The notes below the pieces were generated by a model that saw only the letters and a list, made by a program, of their open reading frames with translations, was not told the origin of the DNA and searched no databases. DNA of 64,000 nt from Coleofasciculus sp. B1-GNL1-01 (lineage in GTDB: Bacteria; Cyanobacteriota; Cyanobacteriia; Cyanobacteriales; Coleofasciculaceae): NCBI GenBank assembly GCA_040220235.1, contig JAVJTO010000063.1; one strand, given 5' to 3'. The translations under genes were made by a program, and so were the position numbers. Shown one piece after another: positions 50,524-61,100 of the stretch. The stretch's first letter is position 1; each line of letters starts with the position of its first letter.

Positions 50524-51936
50524 ATGCAACCTGAACACCCCTCCCTAGAGCAGCTCATTTTGGAGAATGCTAGTCTGCGTCAGGAAATCGCCGCCCTGAA
50601 GCAGGAAAATGCGGATTTGCAAATTCTGCTGGAGATGACAACGGAACATTCGGATACCGTTACCGCCCAGTTGCATAATCAGGCAATTCAAGCAGTACGC
50701 GATAGTGAAAAACGACTCTTACAATTTCTGGAAGCCATGCCCGTGGGTGTGGCGGTACTGGATTATCAAGGCTGTCTGTACTATATTAATCGCAAGGGAA
50801 AACAGTTAACCCGACATAGCATCCCTCTGGGAGTCAAGGCGGAAAAATTAGCTAACGTTTATCACATTTATCGCGCCGGAACCAACCAACTTTATCCCTT
50901 TAATCAGTTGCCGATTGTGCGAGCGCTTCAGGGTGAAACTGCCACGGCTGATGACTTAGAAATCCGCCACGGAGATCAGGTGATTCCCTTAGAAGTTTGG
51001 GGAACACCGATATTTGATCAAGACGGGACTATTATTTTTGCGATCGCGGCGTTTCAAGACATCACCGAACGTAAAAAAGCTGAAGCAGAACGCCTTCAGT
51101 TTACCACGGATCTGTTTGCCCTCAATCAAGCCCTATCCCGCTTTGTCCCCCGCCAATTTCTCCAGTTGTTGGAGAAAGACAGTATTGTTGATGTGCAATT
51201 GGGCGATCAGGTTCAGAAAGAAATGTCGGTGTTATTTTCGGACATTCGCAATTTTACCACCCTTTCGGAACAAATGAACCCGGACGATAATTTTAAATTT
51301 ATTAATTCCTATTTTAGTCGTATGGAATCGGCAATTATTGATAACCAGGGGTTTATTGATAAATACATTGGTGATGCCATGATGGCACTCTTTAGCGGTA
51401 GTGCCGATGATGCTCTCAAGGCAGGAATTACCATGTTGCATCGGCTGGCTGATTATAATAGTCATCGTGCCAATTTTGGCTATACGCCGATTAAAATTGG
51501 GATTGGGATTAACACTGGCTTGTTGATGTTGGGGACAGTCGGTGGTGCATCGCGCATGGATAGTACAGTGATTAGTGATACCGTGAATTTAGCGTCTCGG
51601 ATGGAAGGATTAACTAAAGCTTATGGTGTACCGTTGTTGATTTCTCACCACACCTTTTGCCAGCTCAATAATGCCAATGATTATAATTTTCGCGTGATTG
51701 ATAGAGTTAAGGTTAAGGGGAAATCTGAGGCGGTGAGTGTTTATGAAGTCTTTGATGCCGATGAACCGGAAATGCGACAGGCTAAGTTAGTCACTAAAAC
51801 TACTTTTGAACAAGCCCTGTTATTTTACAATCTGGGTAAGCTTGACGTAGCCGCCAGTCTGTTTGAACAGTGCTTGCAGCAAAACCCCAGGGATAGCGTG
51901 GCTCGAATTTATCAGTTACGCTGTTTAAGCAGGTAG
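50524..51936 (+). CDS. Coiled-coil + PAS + class III adenylate cyclase
   Basis: LFSDIRNFT, DKYIGDA, GINTG, VNLASR; Lys in DKY favours ATP. Confidence 0.9.
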   Translation: MQPEHPSLEQLILENASLRQEIAALKQENADLQILLEMTTEHSDTVTAQLHNQAIQAVRDSEKRLLQFLEAMPVGVAVLDYQGCLYYINRKGKQLTRHSIPLGVKAEKLANVYHIYRAGTNQLYPFNQLPIVRALQGETATADDLEIRHGDQVIPLEVWGTPIFDQDGTIIFAIAAFQDITERKKAEAERLQFTTDLFALNQALSRFVPRQFLQLLEKDSIVDVQLGDQVQKEMSVLFSDIRNFTTLSEQMNPDDNFKFINSYFSRMESAIIDNQGFIDKYIGDAMMALFSGSADDALKAGITMLHRLADYNSHRANFGYTPIKIGIGINTGLLMLGTVGGASRMDSTVISDTVNLASRMEGLTKAYGVPLLISHHTFCQLNNANDYNFRVIDRVKVKGKSEAVSVYEVFDADEPEMRQAKLVTKTTFEQALLFYNLGKLDVAASLFEQCLQQNPRDSVARIYQLRCLSR

Positions 51937-52058
51937 AAAGCAAGGCAAATGGATGAAAAATAAGTATCGAGGATTTTTAATTCCTATAAAATGATTGATT
52001 TTAACAGTTTATATGCCTGATTGTGCTTCCCTATTCCCTGTTCCCTTAAATCACATCT

Positions 52059-55000
52059 ATGTTTAATATTCGCGGTTATCAGATTTTATGCCAAATTTAT
52101 GAAAGCACTCAATCGATTGTCTATCGAGGAATTCGCCAAGCGGATCAGCAAGCGGTTATCCTCAAACGCCTGAATACTCATTATCCTACACCGGAAGAGA
52201 TTCGCCAATATAAGCAGGAATATCAGATTACCCGCCGTCTCAATTTGGCAGGCGTCGTCAAAGCCTATCGCTTAGAACAGTATCAAAACAACGTAGTTAT
52301 TATATTCGAGGATTTTGGTGGCGATTCTTTACAGCTATTGCTTAATCACCATCCACTGACTTTGGCTGAGTTTCTAGATATCGCGATTAAAATAACTGAG
52401 AGTTTAAATCAAATCCACGCCGCTAATATTATCCATAAAGATATTAACCCTAGCAATATTGTTTACCATCCCCAAACCGGAAAAATTAAACTCATTGATT
52501 TTGGCATTGCCAGTGTTTTGAGTCGGGAAAATCCGACTCTGAAAAACCCCAATGTTATCGAAGGGACTTTAGCCTATATCTCCCCGGAACAAACGGGCAG
52601 AATGAACCGATATGTGGATTATCGCACAGATTTTTACTCGCTGGGTGTCACCTTTTATGAATTGTTGACCGGAAACCTCCCCTTTGAGGCTCAAGATGCG
52701 ATGGAGTTAGTGCATTGCCATCTGGCAAAATATCCCACACCTCCCCATCTTTTAGGCGGGAGTAAACAGATGCAGGAAGGTAAGGGAGTGGGGGAGATAC
52801 CCCAGGCGGTTTCAGACATTGTGCTTAAACTCCTCGCGAAAACAGCAGACGAACGCTATAAAAGTGCCTTGGGAATTCAAGCAGATTTAGTGATTTGTCT
52901 GATGCAATTAGAGGCAAATGGCTTTATCGAACCCTTTCCCCTTGGCGAAAATGATGTCAGTGAAAAATTCCAAGTTCCTCAAAAAATCTATGGTAGAGAT
53001 GCTGAATTAGCCATCTTATTCGCTGCCTTTAACCGTGTGGCTAAGGGGGGCAAAGAATTAATGCTCGTATCTGGTTTCGCCGGGATTGGCAAATCGGTAT
53101 TAGTTCAGGAACTTCATCAACCCATTGTCCAAGAACGGGGCTATTTTATCGTTGGTAAATTTGACCAATTTAAACAGAATCGCCCCTTCGCGTCTTTGGT
53201 GCAAGCCTTCTCTGACTTAATCGGACAATTTTTAACCGAAAGTGAAGCCAAAATTGCTGATTGGCGTTCTCAAATTTTAGAGGCATTTGGTATTAATGGT
53301 CAAGTTATTATTGACGTTATTCCTAAACTTGAGCTGATTATCGGTCAACAGCCTCCTGTAGCGGAACTTCCGGCGACAGAAGCACAAAATCGCTTTAATC
53401 GATTGTTTGCTCAGTTTATCCAGGTGTTTGCTCAAGCAGAACATCCTCTAGTTATTTTCTTGGATGATTTGCAATGGGCAGATTCTGCGTCTGTAGATTT
53501 ATTGGAACGGTTACTGACTGATATAGATAGTCGTTATCTTTTAATTATTGCTGCCTATCGGGATAACGAAATTAACCCGCTTCATCCGTTAAATAGGTTG
53601 CTGGATAAGAGTCCTAATCTGGGTGTGGCAGTTAATCAAATTAATCTCAGCCCTTTAGCGTTAATCCACCTCAATCAGCTAATTGCCGATGCGCTGGATT
53701 GTTCTTTAGAGGCGGTAAAATCCCTGGCAGAATTGGTTTGGAACAAAACTCAAGGCAATCCTTTTTTTGCTAGCCAGTTCTTAACCTCTATTTATAACCA
53801 AGGGTTACTTAAGTTTGATTTTGATTCGGGTTCGTGGCAGTGGGATATTCAAGATATTGCAGCGCAAACGGTATCTGATAACGTTGTTGAATTTATCGCC
53901 CAAAAACTGCAAAGGTTATCGGAAAATACCCAAACAAGTTTACAGCTTGCGGCTGGGATTGGTAATGTCTTTGATTTAACCATGTTAGCCGCTATTTATG
54001 ATAAATCACGATTAGAAACTGCCATTGACTTATGGGAGGCGGTTCAAGCAGGACTGATTATTCCTCTGGGTGAAGATTACAAATTTATTCAAGCCGCTGT
54101 ATTTACTACGTCTAGTTATTTCACTGACAATGATCCGAATGACAATTCCTCTTCTTTAACGTCACCAATCAGTGTCACGATTAATCCTTCATACCGATTT
54201 ATTCATGACCGAATTCAACAAGCTGCCTATTCGTTAATTTCTGAACCTGATCAACCTGCTATTCACCTGCAAATTGGTCAGTTTATGCTGAAAACAACTC
54301 CCCCAGAAAAGCAGGACGAGAAACTCTTTGATATTGTTAATCAGTTAAATGTGGGTATCCCATTAATTACGCATCAGTCTGAGCGAGATGAACTGGCTCA
54401 ATTGAATCTCTTAGCTGGACAAAAAGCCAAAGCCGCCACTGCTTATGAATCGGCGGCTAATTATTTAAATACAGGATTGAATTTGTTAGCCACCGATAGC
54501 TGGCAGCTTCAGCATGATTTAACAGTAAAACTCTATTATAAAGCCGCAGAAACTGCTTATTTACGAGGAGAGTTTGCCGAGGCAAAACAGTTAGGAACGG
54601 TTATTTTAGACCAAGCTAATACATTGAGCGATCGCGTCAAAGTCTATGAGCTGATGATGCAGATTAGTATCGCCGAAAATCAGCTACTTCAGGCGATTGA
54701 TATTGGCTTAGAAACTCTGGAAATGCTGGATGTTTTTTTAGTCGAGTCTAACGCGGAAAACAGACAAGTTGAGTTACCCTCGCTCACCGACTTGGACGAC
54801 TTTCCCAAAATGACTGATCCGCAGAAAAAAGCGGCAATGAGAATACTGGTTACCGTGGCATCAGCGACCTATTTAGCCAAGCCAGAACTCTTGTTTCAGG
54901 TAATCTTAACCATGGTCAATCTTTGTCAAACCTATGGACTTTTACCAGAGTCTACTTACGCCTATTCAGTGTATGGATTACTTCTGTGTGGAATGTTGGG

Positions 55001-57845
55001 GAAAATAGAGGAAGGCTATTACGCCGGGGAGTTGGCGCTGAGACTTTTAGATCAATTAGAGGCAAAGGCACTTAAGTGTAAAGTGCTGCACCTGTTTAAC
55101 GTCTATATCCACCACTGGAAAGCCCATGCTAAGGATACCTTAATTCCCTTGCGATCGGCAATTCAATCTGGATTGGAAACCGGGGATTTAGAATATGCGG
55201 GGTATTGCATGACCAATGATTGTACCTATTCGTTTTTTATTGGTACTCCCCTGGATGTTGTCGAAAAAAAACATAAACACTATATTAAATCACTCTCTCA
55301 AATAAACCATACATTTTCCCTTTATTTAACCCAACTCTGGCGACAACTCTGCTTGAACTTAATTGGAGAAGTCGAGTCAGTGGTGCAATTGCAGGGGGAT
55401 AGCTTTGATGAACAGGAAACTCTGCCCTACTTACACCAAACTAATAATCATACCTTACTCTTTTTTGCCTATTTAGCCAAAGAAATCCTCAGTTATTTAT
55501 TTAAAGAGGTGAATTTAGCGATTTCCGCAACCCATCAGACTGAGGCATTTGCCGGATCAGCCCAGGGATTAATCGTTTATGCGATTCATCTGTTCTACAA
55601 TTCACTCATCCTTTTGGCACAGTATCCAACGGTAGAACCCTCTGAACAAGAACAGTATTTAAATCAAGTCATTGCCAATCAAGAAAAGATGCAACATTGG
55701 GCGAATTATGCCCCGATGAACTATCAGCATAAGTATGATTTAGTGGCAGCAGAGAAAGCGCGAATTTTAGGAGACTTCCTCAAGGCAATGGACGATTATG
55801 ATCACGCGATTCAGGGCGCAAGAGAACATGGGTATATCCAAGAAGAAGCCTTAGCTTATGAACGCGCCGCCGAATTTTATCTCAGTCTCAATCGAGTAGA
55901 AATTGCTCAAACGTATATGACTAAAGCGCATTATTGCTATAGTCGCTGGGGCGCAAACGCTAAAGTTAGGGACTTAGAAGAACGCCATTCTCAGTTAATT
56001 GAACGGCGGTCAAATTTCCGTTCAGCCGACAGGGACACCTCCGGCGTCAATCCCTTTATTCAAACCTCTAATGGGAGTGATTCGTCTCGCTTAGATTTGA
56101 CCAGTGTTCTGAAAGCCTCCCAAGCGTTATCAGGAGAAATCCTTTTGGATCAATTGCTGGCAAAGTTCATGCAAATTCTGATTGAAAATGCAGGTGCAAC
56201 TCAAGGCTATTTGATTCTGTCTACTCAGGGACAACTACTGATTGAAGCGGAGGCGGCGGTGAATCAGGAGACGGTTAAGGTGTTACAGTCTATTCCAGTA
56301 GAAAATAGTCCCGCTGTGGCAACAAGTATTATTAATTATGTAGCGCGTACCCAAGAAACCGTTGTCTTACATGATGCCATGAATCAGGGTAAATTTACCC
56401 AGGATCTCTATGTGATCCAAAATCAGTCTAAGTCGATTTTGTGTAGTCCATTGATCAATCAAGGGAAACTATCGGGACTGATTTATTTGGAAAATCATTT
56501 AACCACGGGGGCTTTTACCTCAGACCGACTAGAACTGCTGAAACTCTTATCCTCTCAAGCCACAATATCAATTGAAAATGCTAAACTCTACGCCAAAATT
56601 CGCAGCAATGAAAGTAGACTAACTCAATTTTTAGAAGCTATCCCTGTGGGGTTAGCCGTTATCGATCAAAGTGGCAAAACCTACTACCTGAACCAACGAG
56701 CGAAAGACTTACTGGGGCAAGGAATTATATCCGATCTCAACCCCGATGAAATTTCTGAGATGTATCAAAGCTATATCGCTGGGACTGATCAACCTTATCC
56801 TAATCATAAATTGCCTGTAGTCAGAGCATTGCGTGGTGAATATACGACAGCGGATGATATTGAAATTCACCAGGGCGATAAAATTGTTCCCATCGAAGCG
56901 TGGGGAACACCTATTTTTGATGAACAGGGGAATGTTATCTATGCAATTGTCGCCTTTCAAGATATTACCGAACGTCGCCAAGCTGAGGCTGAACACGAAC
57001 GATTTACCCAAAAACTCTCTCAACTGAATCTGGCATTTTCCCGGTTTGTGCCGCGTCAATTTCTCCAGTTTTTGGATAAGGACAGTATTGTGGAGGTACA
57101 AGTTGGGGATCAGGTGCAGAAGGAAATGTCAGTGTTATTTTCTGATATTCGGGATTTTACCCAACTCTCGGAAACAATCACACCGGATGATAATTTCAAA
57201 TTGATTAATTCTTATTTACAATGTATGGAACCGACGATTGTGGATAATCAAGGGTTTATCGATAAGTATATTGGCGATGGGATTATGGCACTCTTTGGCG
57301 GTGAGGTTAATGATGCGGTGAACGCCGGAATTGCCATGTTGCATCGACTGAGAGAGTATAATCAAGAACGCCAAAATCAGGGTGATAGTCCCCTGAGAAT
57401 CGGCATAGGGATTAATACGGGTTCCTTGATGTTGGGGACAGTTGGCGGATGCAATCGCATGGATACGACGGTAATCAGTGATGCGGTGAATTTGGCGTCT
57501 CGTGTGGAAGGATTGACGAAAGAGTATGGCGTGTCGTTGTTAATTTCCCATCATACGTTCTTAGGATTACAGCATCCCACTGACTATGCGATTCGTTTAA
57601 TTGGTCAGGTACAGGTTAAGGGAAAAGCGGAATTAGTCACAGTTTATGAAGTCTTTGATGCGGATTCTCCGGAGATAAAAGCGGGGAAGTTGGCAACATT
57701 GCAACTGTTTACTGAGGCGTTATCGTTCTATCATCTCCAGGTTTTTGAGCAAGCCGCACAAGGGTTTGAAGAGGTTTTACGGTTGAGTCCTAGGGATAGA
57801 GTGGCTCAACTTTATCTGAATCGGATTCGGGGGTGTGGGGTTTAA
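52059..57845 (+). CDS. Ser/Thr kinase + AAA ATPase + GAF + PAS + class III adenylate cyclase
   Basis: HKDINPSN, DFG, SPE; GFAGIGKS, FLDDLQW; YLENHL GAF; FSDIRDFT, DKYIGDG, VNLASR. Confidence 0.92.
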   Translation: MFNIRGYQILCQIYESTQSIVYRGIRQADQQAVILKRLNTHYPTPEEIRQYKQEYQITRRLNLAGVVKAYRLEQYQNNVVIIFEDFGGDSLQLLLNHHPLTLAEFLDIAIKITESLNQIHAANIIHKDINPSNIVYHPQTGKIKLIDFGIASVLSRENPTLKNPNVIEGTLAYISPEQTGRMNRYVDYRTDFYSLGVTFYELLTGNLPFEAQDAMELVHCHLAKYPTPPHLLGGSKQMQEGKGVGEIPQAVSDIVLKLLAKTADERYKSALGIQADLVICLMQLEANGFIEPFPLGENDVSEKFQVPQKIYGRDAELAILFAAFNRVAKGGKELMLVSGFAGIGKSVLVQELHQPIVQERGYFIVGKFDQFKQNRPFASLVQAFSDLIGQFLTESEAKIADWRSQILEAFGINGQVIIDVIPKLELIIGQQPPVAELPATEAQNRFNRLFAQFIQVFAQAEHPLVIFLDDLQWADSASVDLLERLLTDIDSRYLLIIAAYRDNEINPLHPLNRLLDKSPNLGVAVNQINLSPLALIHLNQLIADALDCSLEAVKSLAELVWNKTQGNPFFASQFLTSIYNQGLLKFDFDSGSWQWDIQDIAAQTVSDNVVEFIAQKLQRLSENTQTSLQLAAGIGNVFDLTMLAAIYDKSRLETAIDLWEAVQAGLIIPLGEDYKFIQAAVFTTSSYFTDNDPNDNSSSLTSPISVTINPSYRFIHDRIQQAAYSLISEPDQPAIHLQIGQFMLKTTPPEKQDEKLFDIVNQLNVGIPLITHQSERDELAQLNLLAGQKAKAATAYESAANYLNTGLNLLATDSWQLQHDLTVKLYYKAAETAYLRGEFAEAKQLGTVILDQANTLSDRVKVYELMMQISIAENQLLQAIDIGLETLEMLDVFLVESNAENRQVELPSLTDLDDFPKMTDPQKKAAMRILVTVASATYLAKPELLFQVILTMVNLCQTYGLLPESTYAYSVYGLLLCGMLGKIEEGYYAGELALRLLDQLEAKALKCKVLHLFNVYIHHWKAHAKDTLIPLRSAIQSGLETGDLEYAGYCMTNDCTYSFFIGTPLDVVEKKHKHYIKSLSQINHTFSLYLTQLWRQLCLNLIGEVESVVQLQGDSFDEQETLPYLHQTNNHTLLFFAYLAKEILSYLFKEVNLAISATHQTEAFAGSAQGLIVYAIHLFYNSLILLAQYPTVEPSEQEQYLNQVIANQEKMQHWANYAPMNYQHKYDLVAAEKARILGDFLKAMDDYDHAIQGAREHGYIQEEALAYERAAEFYLSLNRVEIAQTYMTKAHYCYSRWGANAKVRDLEERHSQLIERRSNFRSADRDTSGVNPFIQTSNGSDSSRLDLTSVLKASQALSGEILLDQLLAKFMQILIENAGATQGYLILSTQGQLLIEAEAAVNQETVKVLQSIPVENSPAVATSIINYVARTQETVVLHDAMNQGKFTQDLYVIQNQSKSILCSPLINQGKLSGLIYLENHLTTGAFTSDRLELLKLLSSQATISIENAKLYAKIRSNESRLTQFLEAIPVGLAVIDQSGKTYYLNQRAKDLLGQGIISDLNPDEISEMYQSYIAGTDQPYPNHKLPVVRALRGEYTTADDIEIHQGDKIVPIEAWGTPIFDEQGNVIYAIVAFQDITERRQAEAEHERFTQKLSQLNLAFSRFVPRQFLQFLDKDSIVEVQVGDQVQKEMSVLFSDIRDFTQLSETITPDDNFKLINSYLQCMEPTIVDNQGFIDKYIGDGIMALFGGEVNDAVNAGIAMLHRLREYNQERQNQGDSPLRIGIGINTGSLMLGTVGGCNRMDTTVISDAVNLASRVEGLTKEYGVSLLISHHTFLGLQHPTDYAIRLIGQVQVKGKAELVTVYEVFDADSPEIKAGKLATLQLFTEALSFYHLQVFEQAAQGFEEVLRLSPRDRVAQLYLNRIRGCGV

Positions 57846-57846
57846 A

Positions 57847-58094
57847 TAGGGCTTGCTGCACAAGTCGAAAACCCTTATATTTAATAAAGGACTCTCAGGA
57901 GTTTTCCGGCTGAGGGAGTGCAAGAAAATAAGATAAGATTTGTGAAAAACCTAGCATCATAGCGAGCGAGACGCAAAGCCTGCGGCATGGCTTCGCTTAA
58001 CGCACTACCGTTTTGTTCTTTCCTCCTGAACTCCTGAACTCCTGAACTCCTGAACTCCTGAACTCCTACTCAAATACTTATTCAGCAGACCCTA
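57847..58094. mobile_element. 248-bp MITE-like element with 19-bp imperfect TIR, containing (CTCCTGAA)x5 and the 26-nt insert
   Basis: TAGGGCTTGCTGCACAAGT ... ACTTATTCAGCAGACCCTA (15/19 match). Confidence 0.7.
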
Positions 58095-58183
58095 AATAAA
58101 GGGCGGGTTTTACATAAAGGGCGCACATCATTGAATAAAGGGCGCACGTCGGTGCGCCCCTACGGTAAAATACATTATTAAAA

Positions 58184-61100
58184 TCACCGCTCCATCGGTG
58201 TCCAATCTCCCGATAAAATAAACGCCGCCCAATAATAAGGATGTTGATACGCTTCAGAGTTTAACATCTCTAATTGTGACTGACGCAACGCCTCAGTCCG
58301 TCCCTGATTGTCCTGCAATTTCTGATAATACTTCACCATTAAATCGACGGTCGCCGCATCCGATATTTTCCATAAACTGGTGACTTGACTTTCTGAACCT
58401 GCTAAAACTAACGCCCGCCGAAATCCATAGATTCCTTCTCCGGTTTCGATATGTCCTAATCCGGTATCGACAGCCGATAAAACGACCAGTTTTGTCCCCA
58501 TCAAATTTAATAGTGACATTTCCTGGGCGGTGAGAATCCCATCTTCGTCGCCACTCCCACCCACGCGGAAGCCAGCAAGCACTAATCCCGATAGCAGTAA
58601 GGGATAATTTTCTCGGAGAGTTTGTACGGTTTCACTTTCAGGATTTGTTTCCAAGAAACCATGAGTGGCAATATGTAAAATAGAGGGACGATTTACCTGT
58701 TTTACAACGTTTTCTGTTGCCAGAGAACCTGTGAGTGGAGTAACCTCTAATAATTGACCAATTGCCTCAACTTCCTCGGCGGTTCCAGGGAGGGGAGTAA
58801 AGGTTTTTTGGGATAAGTCAATTAAGGGAATCATCTCAGATAGCGGCGTCATTGCTTTACCGCGAGGCTGAATCACTTCACCGGGACGCTGAAAATAGGG
58901 GTCAGCAATTAACACAGGTGGCTGTTGACTGGGAAAGGAGGTTTGTAGTCGGAGTAAATCTCGTCCAGAGGTTAAATAAGAGAATGAATAGGTTTCAATT
59001 AAATAGCGGTTATTTTCATCAACGAGAACTTCAAACGGAATTAAATTAAGCGTCCCATCGGGAGCAATGAGGATATGGCGATTGTTACCCATTCGTTCTC
59101 GCACGGGTTCCATGAGAACAGTATCCAATGCACGGGCAGATTGTTTAATTAGGGGAATCGGAATTTGGTTACCATTTTGGAAAAGTTGGCGAAAATCTGC
59201 AACTTTTTGATCAATTATCGCCGCTGCGCCTAAGTCAATGGCTTCAGGGGTTCCTTGGGAGGATAGAATGTAAGCTGCATAGCGGGGTTCACCTTGATGA
59301 TAATAGCGTACCAGTTCCACTAATACGGTATCTTCAGGGATTAATTGTTGAATAGTTTCGATGGTGACGGGTTGGGATTCAATCCGGAATTGTTCACTTT
59401 GACGAGAGAGTTGATTTTCCAATTGTTGCGCTTGTTGTTCTAGGGAGGCGAGTTGAATGCGGTAGTCTTCTGGAGGTAAAGTTATATCGTTTTCTGATGT
59501 TTTATAAATTAGGTTCGTCAGTTGTCGATAGGTATCCGCAAGTTCAGCTAATAACGCCTGATTTTCTGGGGTCAGGTTTTGACGTAGGCGTTGCAGGGTA
59601 TTCGTTGATACATCTAAGATGCGTCCTTTGCGTCGGAAGATCGTCGTTAGGGCTAAGTTAGCGGCTTGGGGATTATTCGGGGCAGAATTGAGATGAAAGG
59701 AAGGAGCAAAATTGGTGCTTCCAGAAAGCGTTTGTAAGTAATCTCGTTTCTGGCGATTAGAACCAGCGGCGAGATTAGCAGTGAGGTTATATTCTTCGAT
59801 ATTTAATCCTTCTTGGAGGACAGTGAGGGTATTATCAATGTCACCGAGTTGAGAGTAGAGAACAGCTAGATTATATAAGCTCATGGCGACACGAGGATGA
59901 TCCTCCCCCATGAGGCGTTTTATTATCTCTAAAGATTGGCGAAATAGGGGTTCGGCTTCTGTGTAGCGTCCTTGATTTCGGTACAATAATGCCAGATTAT
60001 TCAGGGAAGTTGCCACATCAGGATGATCCTGTCCCAGGAGACGTTTAAACATCTCTAAGGCTTGGCGATAGAGAGATTCAGCTTCAGAGTAGCGTCCTTG
60101 ATTTCGGTACAATGCTGCTAGACTAGCCAGGGAAGTTGCCACATCAGGATGATCCTGTCCCAGGAGACGTTTAAACATCTCTAAGGCTTGGCGATAGAGA
60201 GATTCGGCTTCACTGTAGCGTCCTTGAGTATCGTACAATACTGCCAGATTATGTAGGGATTGTGCTACATCAGGATGTTCTTGTCCCAGGAGACGTTTTC
60301 TCATCTCTAAGGCTTGGCGATAGAGAGGTTCGGCTTCACTGTAGCGTCCTTGATTTCGGTACAATGCTGCCAGATTATTCAGGGAAGTTGCTACATCAGG
60401 ATGATTCTGTCCCAAGAGGCGTTTTCTCATCGCTAAAGCTTGGCGAAACAAAGGTTCAGCTTCCGAGTAGCGTCCTTGATTTTGGTACAATAATGCCAGA
60501 TTATTCAGGGAGGTTGCCACCCAAGGATGATCCTCTCCTAGGAGGCGTTTTTTCATCTCTAAAGCTTGACGAAAGAGGGGTTCAGCTTCACTGTAGCGTC
60601 CTTGATTTTGGTACAATAATGCCAGATTATTCAGGGAAGTTGCCACATCAGGATGATTCTGTCCCAGGAGGCGTTTTCTCATCTCTAAGGCTTGGCGATA
60701 GAGAGGTTCGGCTTCACTGTAGCGTCCTTGATTTTGGTACAATAATGCCAGATTATTTAGGGAGGTTGCCACATCAGGATGATTCTGTCCCAGGAGGCGT
60801 TTTCTCATCTCTAAAGCTTGGCGAAAGAGGGGTTCGGCTTCCGAGTAGCGTCCTTGATTTTGGTAGAGTAATGCTAGATGATTCAAGCTAGTGGCAATCT
60901 GAGGATGTTCCTCTCCTAAGAGTCTTTTTCTCATTGCTAAAGCTTGGCGAAACAAGGGTTCAGCTTCCGAGTAGCGTCCTTGATTTTGGTAGAGTAATGC
61001 CAGATTATTTAAGCTAGTGGCGATATCAGGATGTTCCTCTCCATAGAGACGTTTTATCATCACTAAGACTTGGCGAAACAAGGGTTCAGCTTCCGAGTAG

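Noticed and set aside
60262..60891. 209-aa plus-strand repetitive ORF and the other short antisense or overlapping ORFs in the track
   Set aside because: Shadows of real genes on the opposite strand or frame; no independent motifs
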